From positions 1 to 39,271 of the forward strand of contig JAICFA010000003.1 in the NCBI GenBank assembly GCA_025923935.1: 39,271 nucleotides of DNA. Reading direction: 5' to 3'. Under the pieces are notes generated by a model. It ran no database searches. It saw only the letters and a list, made by a program, of their open reading frames with translations, and was not told the DNA's origin. Origin of the DNA: Candidatus Krumholzibacteriia bacterium (lineage in GTDB: Bacteria > Krumholzibacteriota > Krumholzibacteriia > WVZY01 > JAKEHA01). The position numbers and the translations under genes were made by a program. Positions 32,328 to 39,271 of the stretch are shown in pieces (position 1 is the stretch's first letter; each line of letters starts with the position of its first letter).

Positions 32328-35105
32328 ATGAAAAAGAAGCTTCTCATTATCGCAGGCGTGGTCGTGGCGGTCATCGTCATTGCCATCGTCATCGTCGGCG
32401 CGAATCTCGACAAGATCATCAACAGCCGCAAGGGCGATCTGCTCGCCCGCGCGAAAGCGACCACGGGCCGCGACATCACCATCGGCGAGGTGGGCGTGTC
32501 GTGGTGGCCGCCGGTGGGGGCGCGCGTGTCCGACGTCGTCATCTCCGATGACCCCGCGGTTTCCAACCAGCCCTTCGTGACCGCCAAAGACGTGCGCATC
32601 AATGTGAAGCTCCTTCCGCTCCTGCGTAAGCAGGTCGAAGTGGGGCGTTTCGTCCTGGTCGAGCCCAACATCACCGTGGTCAAGCTCGACGCCAAGCGTT
32701 TCAACTTCACCAGCATGATCGAACAAGCGTCGGGAGTATCGCCGGCCGGGCCGGCGGGTAGCACGCCGCCAACCTCCGCGCCCAAGGAGCAGGCCGCGTT
32801 CGCGCTCGGCTTCGCGGATATCAAAGACGGCACGGTGCATTACATCGATCGCACTACCGGTTTCGACCGCACCATCAAGGACATCGATTTCGAAGCGGAG
32901 AACGTGGGCTTCGACTCGGAGATGAAGGCAACACTCGCGGCCGCGGTCTTCGGCGACGAGCAAGATGTGAAGCTGGACGCCAAAGTGGGTCCGATCGGGA
33001 AACAAAACACGCCCGAGGCGATGGCGCAGGCGCCGTTATCGGCGTCGTTCGAGCTGGACGACGTGACCTTCGCCGAGTTGCAAGCGTTTGCGCCGCCCAA
33101 ACCGGGTGAACGCAAGAAGCCGGCGCAAGAAGGAACACTTTCTGCGAAGGCATCGCTCGAGGGGAAACTCGGAGAAGCGCGCCTGGAGGCACTCACGGCC
33201 GACATCGCCGCCTTCGGCGCCAAAGAATCCAACATCAAGCTGGAAGCGAGCGGCGGACCGTTCAACTTGCTGGGCGACTCGAGCCAGGTCTACGCCGGCG
33301 CGAACGTAAAAGGCCAACTGAGCGCCGGGCCGGTTCCGCTGGACAACGTGAAATTGGCGCCCAAGGATCCGTCCAAGCCCGCGCCCAAGTTGGGCGGCGA
33401 CGTAAACGGTCGCGTCACCTTCGACGGCAACATGGCCGGACTTCCGTTTCAAGGCGACGTGGACGCGACCAACGCGAGCTATGAAGTGCCCGCGCAGCTG
33501 GTGAAAAAAGCGGGGGTTCCCGCCAAAGCAAATTTCAAGGGAACATTCCGTCCGCAGGGTGCACCCAACGAGGGAATCGAGCTTTCCGACATCGATCTCG
33601 TCGTGCACACCATCAAGGCGAATGGATCCGGCAAGATCGTGCCCTTCAAGGGCCGCGAGTCGATGAGTATCGCCATCGATGCGGCGACGTCGCTGGCCCC
33701 GTTGCAGGAATTGCTGCCGGCGATGGCCGCCTCGCCGCCTACCGGCGACGCCAAGGTCAACGTGCGCATCTCGCGCTCCGGGCCGCCCCAAACCCCGCCC
33801 AACATCACGGGTAGCGCCACCGTGTCGAACTTCGGCGCCAAGGTGACCAACGTCCCCAAGCCGATCAGCGGCGGCAATGCCACCATCACCTTCAGCGGCA
33901 AAACCGCGAGCATTCCCAACGCGACCTTCGCCATCGGCAAAAGCAATTTCAAGGTGAACGCGGAAGTCACTTCGTTCGCGCCGATGGCTGCTGCGTACAC
34001 CGTGACCTCACCGGAGATCTATCGCGCCGATGTGCAAGCGCCGGCCGCCGGTGCCAAGCCGATGCCGCGCGAGGAAGTGTTTCGCAACGTCACCGTCAAG
34101 GGCACGAGCAGTCAGAAGGCACCCAAGGTGATGGAGAACAACATTACCATCACGTCGGGTAGCGGTATCGCCGCCAACATCGACTATAAGGATGCCGAAG
34201 CGGTCGTGCGCGCCACACCCGAGCAAGCCTTCATCGATCACTTCTCCGCCAACGCGATGGCGGGGAGCATCAGCGGCACCGGCGTATTCCGTCCCAAAGA
34301 ATCCAAGTTTGATGTGAAGGCGAAAGTCGACAAAGTCAATTTGACCGAATACTTCCGCTACAAGAGTCCCGCGCTGGCAGAAGCGGTGGCGGGACGAATC
34401 AGCGGCGACATCGATTTGGCCGGTCACGGCAAGACGTGGGAAGCGCTGCAAAAGACGCTAACCGGCCGTGGTGGCGCAGTGGTGTTGGAAGGCGCCTTGT
34501 TGAACACCAACCTGACCGAGCAGTTGTTCAACGGCTTCGCGGCCAGTCCCTTGGTGCCGCCGACTGTCATTGCCAACATCAAGAAGAAGAACCCGACCCT
34601 CTTCGGCACCAACAAGACCATGTTCGAGAATCTCGCCGGCAAGATCGCCATTCAAGGCGGCAAGATCAGCACGGCAGATTTGAAGCTGGCGTCCAACGAT
34701 TTTTCGCTGGTGGGCGACGGTTGGTTTTCGTTCGACAAGACGCTCGACTTGAACACCACGCTGACACTGTCGCAGAAGCTCACGAACGATCTCATCGCCG
34801 AAATTCCGGCCGCAAAGTTCTTGCTCAACTCCAATGGACGCTTCGAAGTTCCGCTGAAGCTCACCGGTGCGATCATGAAGCCCGCCGTCGGCGTGGATAG
34901 CAACGCCATTCAGGCGCGGTTGCAGCAAGGTCTGGTGCAGCAGGGCAAGCAAGACCTCAACAAGAAGGCGACCGAGACGGTGAAGGGGCTTTTGGAAGGA
35001 ATCGGTAAGAAGAAAGAACCGCCCAAAACGCCGCCCGCGGAGCAGCCCAAAACACCGCCCACGACGCCACCCACGACTCCGCCGGCCGACACCACCAAGG
35101 GCTAA
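32328..35105 (+). CDS. AsmA family protein (bridge-like lipid-transfer type)
   Basis: N-terminal membrane anchor, TGRDITIG..., VKLLPLL, EPNI; long beta-rich body; AsmA-like C-terminus (LSGxG, P.KLTG...P); Pro/Thr-rich tail. Confidence 0.85.
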   Translation: MKKKLLIIAGVVVAVIVIAIVIVGANLDKIINSRKGDLLARAKATTGRDITIGEVGVSWWPPVGARVSDVVISDDPAVSNQPFVTAKDVRINVKLLPLLRKQVEVGRFVLVEPNITVVKLDAKRFNFTSMIEQASGVSPAGPAGSTPPTSAPKEQAAFALGFADIKDGTVHYIDRTTGFDRTIKDIDFEAENVGFDSEMKATLAAAVFGDEQDVKLDAKVGPIGKQNTPEAMAQAPLSASFELDDVTFAELQAFAPPKPGERKKPAQEGTLSAKASLEGKLGEARLEALTADIAAFGAKESNIKLEASGGPFNLLGDSSQVYAGANVKGQLSAGPVPLDNVKLAPKDPSKPAPKLGGDVNGRVTFDGNMAGLPFQGDVDATNASYEVPAQLVKKAGVPAKANFKGTFRPQGAPNEGIELSDIDLVVHTIKANGSGKIVPFKGRESMSIAIDAATSLAPLQELLPAMAASPPTGDAKVNVRISRSGPPQTPPNITGSATVSNFGAKVTNVPKPISGGNATITFSGKTASIPNATFAIGKSNFKVNAEVTSFAPMAAAYTVTSPEIYRADVQAPAAGAKPMPREEVFRNVTVKGTSSQKAPKVMENNITITSGSGIAANIDYKDAEAVVRATPEQAFIDHFSANAMAGSISGTGVFRPKESKFDVKAKVDKVNLTEYFRYKSPALAEAVAGRISGDIDLAGHGKTWEALQKTLTGRGGAVVLEGALLNTNLTEQLFNGFAASPLVPPTVIANIKKKNPTLFGTNKTMFENLAGKIAIQGGKISTADLKLASNDFSLVGDGWFSFDKTLDLNTTLTLSQKLTNDLIAEIPAAKFLLNSNGRFEVPLKLTGAIMKPAVGVDSNAIQARLQQGLVQQGKQDLNKKATETVKGLLEGIGKKKEPPKTPPAEQPKTPPTTPPTTPPADTTKG

Positions 35106-35137
35106 GTCCGCCCGGGTAGCGGCTTTCGTCGCGCGCG

Positions 35138-35146
35138 TGGTACAGT
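35138..35146 (+). promoter_or_regulatory. extended -10 (TGGTACAGT) 6 nt before the tgt ATG; probable leaderless promoter
   Basis: gTGGTACAGTaacgccATG, with no SD. Confidence 0.55.
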
Positions 35147-35152
35147 AACGCC

Positions 35153-36313
35153 ATGCCGTTCGGTTTTTCAGTCGAGGCACACTCGCAGGGCGCGCGCGCG
35201 GGCATTCTCACCACCGATCACGGCCGCATCGAAACACCGGTGTTCATGCCGGTGGGGACCCAGGGTGCGGTCAAGGGTGTGACCGCACGCGACGTGTGGG
35301 ACACGGGGGCGCGCCTTATTCTGGGCAATGCCTATCATCTCTATCTTCGCCCCGGCGTCGACTTGATCGCGCGTGCGGGCGGACTGCACCAATTTGTCGG
35401 CTGGGACGGTGCGATGCTCACCGACAGCGGTGGCTACCAAGTGTTCAGTCTCGCGTCGCTGATGCGCGTGGGCGACGACGGGGTCACCTTTCGCTCGCAC
35501 ATCGACGGCTCATTGCACCAATTCACGCCCGAAGCCGTGATGGAATACCAAGCGCGCATCGGCGCCGACATTGTGATGAGCTTCGATTCCTTCGGCGGCA
35601 TTCCGTCCGCGCGCCGCGATGCGGAGCGCTCGGTTGATCTGACCACCAAGTGGGCCGCGCGCGGCTTGCGAGCCGTCGGCACGCGTTTCAATCGCTACGG
35701 GTACGAACAGGTGGTATTCGGCATCGTGCAGGGTGCAGAATACTCCGATCTGCGCACTCGCTCCGCGACCGAACTCGCCGCGATGGATTTCCCCGGCTAC
35801 GCCCTCGGCGGTTTGTCGGTGGGCGAGTCCAAAGACACCACGTGGGATCTGGCCGAGGCGACTACGGCTCTGCTACCCATTAATCGCCCGCGCTATTTGA
35901 TGGGCATGGGCACACCGCTGGACTTGATCGACGCGGTCGCACGCGGCGTCGACATGCTCGACTGTGTCTTGCCGACGCGCAACGCCCGCAACGGAACGGT
36001 GTTCTCGCGCGACGGCAAAGTGGTGCTGCGCAACGCCGCGTACGCGAACGACCTGGTACCGCTCGACGGCGAGTGCGGCTGCATCGCCTGCCAGCGCCAC
36101 ACGCGCGCCTACCTGCGGCATTTGTTCCTGTCCAACGAGATGCTGGGGCCGATGCTGGCCACGTCGCACAATTTGTTTTTCTACGCCGACGTCATGCGCG
36201 CCGCACGCGCCGCCATCGTCGCCGGCCAATTCGACGCATGGCGCAACGCCTTCGTCGAACGATTTACGCGCGGCGACCGCGAGTCGGCGGCGCGCGCCGG
36301 AGTCGAAACTTAA
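35153..36313 (+). CDS. tgt: tRNA-guanine transglycosylase
   Basis: TPVFMPVGT, NAYHL, TDSGGYQVFSL, GIVQG, GGLSVGE, PRYLMG, GVDMLDCVLPTRNAR, CxCxxC...H zinc site. Confidence 0.97.
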   Translation: MPFGFSVEAHSQGARAGILTTDHGRIETPVFMPVGTQGAVKGVTARDVWDTGARLILGNAYHLYLRPGVDLIARAGGLHQFVGWDGAMLTDSGGYQVFSLASLMRVGDDGVTFRSHIDGSLHQFTPEAVMEYQARIGADIVMSFDSFGGIPSARRDAERSVDLTTKWAARGLRAVGTRFNRYGYEQVVFGIVQGAEYSDLRTRSATELAAMDFPGYALGGLSVGESKDTTWDLAEATTALLPINRPRYLMGMGTPLDLIDAVARGVDMLDCVLPTRNARNGTVFSRDGKVVLRNAAYANDLVPLDGECGCIACQRHTRAYLRHLFLSNEMLGPMLATSHNLFFYADVMRAARAAIVAGQFDAWRNAFVERFTRGDRESAARAGVET

Positions 36314-36328
36314 CCAAGGAGGACCTCT

Positions 36329-36646
36329 TTGAATGCCACGCTGTTCGCGATGATGCCCGCCGACCCGAGCGGGGGCGGCCCGAGCCCGATCTCGATGCTC
36401 TTGCCCCTGGTCGGCATGCTGGCGATTTTCTATTTCCTGCTCATCCGGCCGCAGCAGAAGCGCCAGAAAGAGATGCAGAAGATGATCAGCGCGCTCAAGA
36501 AGGGCGACCGCGTGGTCACTGCCAGCGGTTTGTACGGCTCCATCGCCGGCTTGCGCGACGATGTCGTGGTGGTGGAGATCGCGGACGGTGTCAAAGTCGA
36601 GATGATGCGCAACGCCGTGACCGGTGTGGTGGCGCGCGAAAGTTAG
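36329..36646 (+). CDS. yajC: preprotein translocase subunit YajC
   Basis: AAGGAGG SD with TTG start; FYFLLIRPQQKR, LKKGDRVVT. Confidence 0.95.
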   Translation: MNATLFAMMPADPSGGGPSPISMLLPLVGMLAIFYFLLIRPQQKRQKEMQKMISALKKGDRVVTASGLYGSIAGLRDDVVVVEIADGVKVEMMRNAVTGVVARES

Positions 36647-36665
36647 CGAGCGGTTGACCGGGACG

Positions 36666-37184
36666 ATGAAGCTGCAGCTGCGATATTACGGCGATCCCAT
36701 CCTACGCAAGCGTGCTTCCGAGGTTCACGACTTCGACCCACAGCTGCGCGCGGAAGCGGAGGCGATGATCGACACCATGTACGAGGCCGCCGGTGTCGGG
36801 TTGGCGGGGCCGCAAGTGGGCCTCGAGAAGCGCTTACTCGTGGCGTTGCAAATGGAGGACCCCGACGACAACGAGGCCGAACCCATCGTCATGGTCAACC
36901 CCGAGATCCTGGAGCGGTCGCCGGAGAACTGGGTGTTCGAAGAAGGCTGCTTGAGCATTCCCGGCATTCGCGGCGACGTGACGCGGCCCGAGCGCGTCCG
37001 CGTGCGCTACCAAGACGTCGCGGGGAAGCCGCACGAAATCGAGGTCGACGCCATGTTCGCGCGCGTGATCCAGCACGAGATCGACCACCTCGATGGCAAA
37101 TTGTTCATCGATTACCTGTCCATGGGAGAGCGCACGCTGCTGAAACCCAAGCTCAAGAAGATCGCGGAGAAATACGCCTCGTGA
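36666..37184 (+). CDS. def: peptide deformylase
   Basis: GDPILR, GVGLAGPQVG, EGCLS, QHEIDHLDG. Confidence 0.97.
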   Translation: MKLQLRYYGDPILRKRASEVHDFDPQLRAEAEAMIDTMYEAAGVGLAGPQVGLEKRLLVALQMEDPDDNEAEPIVMVNPEILERSPENWVFEEGCLSIPGIRGDVTRPERVRVRYQDVAGKPHEIEVDAMFARVIQHEIDHLDGKLFIDYLSMGERTLLKPKLKKIAEKYAS

Positions 37185-38644
37185 ACGCGCCGAGTCGCGG
37201 AACGTTCGTTTTTCTTCTCACTCCCATCTTCGGCGCACTTCTGGTCTTATACGGCACTCACCACGGCCCGGGCCTGTCGCGCGATTCGCTCCGCTACGTG
37301 CGCGGCGCGGAGAACATCGCACACGGTCACGGCTATGCCGATGTCGGCGAATCGGGTGCGTTGGAATTCATCACGCACTGGCCGCCTCTCTATAGCATGG
37401 TGGTGGCGGTGCCGATCACCCTCGGGCTGTCGACCACGAACGCGGTTCGCGTCGTCAATGCATTCGCGTTCTTCGCCACCATTTGGTTGGTGGGCATATC
37501 GGTGCGAGATGTGGTGCGACGCGCGAGCTTGGCGCCCATCGCGGCCATGCTGGCGGTGGCATTGGCGCCGTCGGTCGTCCACAACCATCTCATGGCGTGG
37601 AGCGAGACCATCTTCATCCCCTTGATTCTCGCCGGACTCTTGAAGCTGTTGGACTACGCGGAGAGCGATCGGTTGACCGACCTCGCCGTCGCGGGCGTTT
37701 GCCTCGGTCTGAGTGCGCTCGCGCGCTACGCCGGAGTGGCGTTCATCGCCGGCGCGGCAGCAGCGTTGGTCATTTGGGAATGGCGCGCGCGACCGCTGCG
37801 AGCGCTGCAGGGAGTGTTGCTGTTCGGTGCGGTCGCCGGCCTGCCCACGGGGATTTGGTTCGCGCGCAACGTACTGGCCACGCGCCACACCCACGACCGT
37901 CCCTTTCAACCCCACGGCATAGACGTGGAGCAAATTCGCGCCGGCGTAGACGCCACGTCGCAATGGCTCTTGCCGAACTGGTTCAACCTGCGCGTGCGCA
38001 CGGTGTGGATGCTATTGGTGGTCGCATTGCTCGTGATCGCATGGCGCCGCGCCGCCCCGAAAGTTCCACCCGATCCCGTGCTGCGCAGCTTTCTCGTGCT
38101 CGTCGTCATGTGCGTCGCGTCGTACCTGGGTTTCATCCTGGTGACGATGTGGTTCTTCGACTTCGAAGTGAACTTCGACGTTCGCATGATGGCGCCGGTG
38201 TTCGTTTTGGTCGTACTCGCGGTCGCTGCCGCCGCCCCGGTGAGATTTGTGCATCGGTGGCGGGGCGAGATGCGACTTTTGGCGGCGGCGCTGGCGCTTT
38301 CCTTCGTGATGCTCGCGGGCTATGCGGTCGCCCACGCCTGGGCGGCGCACCGCGAGCCGGCGCAGTTCGCTAGCCCGCGCTGGACGGACGCCGCGGTCTG
38401 GGACACGGTGCGATCGCTGCCACCAGCGACGCCCATCTATTCGTCGCAGTTCGAGGTGAGCCAGTACTTCACCGGCCGCGGCGTGCGCGAGCTTCCCGCG
38501 CTCGGTACCTTGCCGGGTCCGGCGTACGTACTGCATTATCCACTGTTGGACGACGCCGCCGCATCGTTGGCGCGAACGGGGGAGCTTCGGGCCCGCGTGG
38601 TGAACGCGAGCGACGTGGTCGTGGTGTACGCGGTGGGACGATGA
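37181..38644 (+). CDS. GT-C fold membrane glycosyltransferase (ArnT/PMT-like)
   Basis: SRDSLRY..., HWPPLYS, WSE, LARYAG, WFARN; multi-TM. Overlaps def (GTGA) and fmt (ATGA). Confidence 0.8.
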   Translation: MNAPSRGTFVFLLTPIFGALLVLYGTHHGPGLSRDSLRYVRGAENIAHGHGYADVGESGALEFITHWPPLYSMVVAVPITLGLSTTNAVRVVNAFAFFATIWLVGISVRDVVRRASLAPIAAMLAVALAPSVVHNHLMAWSETIFIPLILAGLLKLLDYAESDRLTDLAVAGVCLGLSALARYAGVAFIAGAAAALVIWEWRARPLRALQGVLLFGAVAGLPTGIWFARNVLATRHTHDRPFQPHGIDVEQIRAGVDATSQWLLPNWFNLRVRTVWMLLVVALLVIAWRRAAPKVPPDPVLRSFLVLVVMCVASYLGFILVTMWFFDFEVNFDVRMMAPVFVLVVLAVAAAAPVRFVHRWRGEMRLLAAALALSFVMLAGYAVAHAWAAHREPAQFASPRWTDAAVWDTVRSLPPATPIYSSQFEVSQYFTGRGVRELPALGTLPGPAYVLHYPLLDDAAASLARTGELRARVVNASDVVVVYAVGR

Positions 38645-39271
38645 GCCGTCGCCGTACCTCCGTCGTGTTCATGGGGAGCCCGGACTTCGCCGTGCCGTCG
38701 TTGGACGCACTGGTCGAATCGAAACGCTTTGCCCCCCAACTCGTGGTGAGCCAGCCCGACCGCCCGCGCGGGCGGGGAAGAGAAGTGTCTCCCACACCGG
38801 TGCGGCAGCGCGCGCTTGACCTCGACATTCCTACCGTGCAGATGTCGAAGGAAACGTACGCGGAGGGAGTGAAAAGAATCGCCGAGCTCCAGCCGGACAT
38901 CATCGTCGTGGTAGCGTTCGGTTTGATTCTGCGCCGTGACCTTCTCGATTTGCCGAAGCACGGTTGCATCAACGTACACGCGTCGCTGCTCCCCAAGTAT
39001 CGCGGCGTGTCTCCCATTCAGGCGGCGATTCTCGCGGGCGATGCCGTGACCGGGTGCACCACCATGCACATCGATGAGGGCGTGGACACCGGCGACATCT
39101 TGTTGCAGGCCGAAACCCCGATCGCAGACTCCGACACCGCGGGATCGTTGTTCGACCGGCTCGCGGGCATCGGTGCCGAGTTGCTGGTTACCACCCTCGA
39201 CGGTCTGCTAGATGGAACCGTGAAGCCGCGGCCGCAAACCGCCGCTCTCGCCACGCACACCAAGAAGATCA
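38641..39271 (+). CDS. fmt: methionyl-tRNA formyltransferase (runs off the window end)
   Basis: Manual translation: MSRRRTSVVFMGSPDFAVPSL...VVSQPDRPRGRG...PDIIVVVAFG..INVHASLLPKYRG..PIQ...VDTGDI. Not in the ORF track because it has no stop in the window. Confidence 0.96.
   Translation, partial: MSRRRTSVVFMGSPDFAVPSLDALVESKRFAPQLVVSQPDRPRGRGREVSPTPVRQRALDLDIPTVQMSKETYAEGVKRIAELQPDIIVVVAFGLILRRDLLDLPKHGCINVHASLLPKYRGVSPIQAAILAGDAVTGCTTMHIDEGVDTGDILLQAETPIADSDTAGSLFDRLAGIGAELLVTTLDGLLDGTVKPRPQTAALATHTKKI

Noticed and set aside
1-39271. Mobile elements, prophage or defence systems (for example Sir2 as a Thoeris/DSR component)
   Set aside because: No transposase, integrase or phage genes are present, and the sirtuin is a standard ~243-aa CobB with no defence partner genes.

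Overview
A GC-rich, densely coding bacterial chromosome segment. PorV-like and FlgD/T9SS-CTD proteins suggest, by inference, a non-Bacteroidota member of the FCB superphylum such as Krumholzibacteriota, Eisenbacteria or Latescibacterota. Left part: a truncated SufR/COG2345-like HTH regulator that the ORF track missed, then nadE-acyP, a hot-dog thioesterase and P5C dehydrogenase. Middle: a cell-envelope and glycosylation region. It holds GT-C fold glycosyltransferases, two O-antigen-ligase/Wzy-like proteins, a Wzz/GumC-like co-polymerase, a GT2, two GT4s, a tightly coupled FlgD-Ig cargo / PorV-like barrel / O-antigen-ligase unit, a large beta-propeller, a protease-less tandem PDZ protein, cobB, an EamA transporter, a DAGK-family kinase and Yip1. 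Right part: EF-G2 followed by the conserved yebC-ruvCAB-queA-tgt-yajC-def-fmt cluster, interrupted by three envelope genes (delta-60/T9SS-CTD, AsmA, GT-C). Two ~105-nt REP/MITE-like palindromic elements are present, one with a triplicated arm, as are several probable leaderless promoters and an ECF-type promoter. I saw no rRNA, tRNA, CRISPR array, transposase or integrase. All calls come from motif recognition by eye; no database searches were run.
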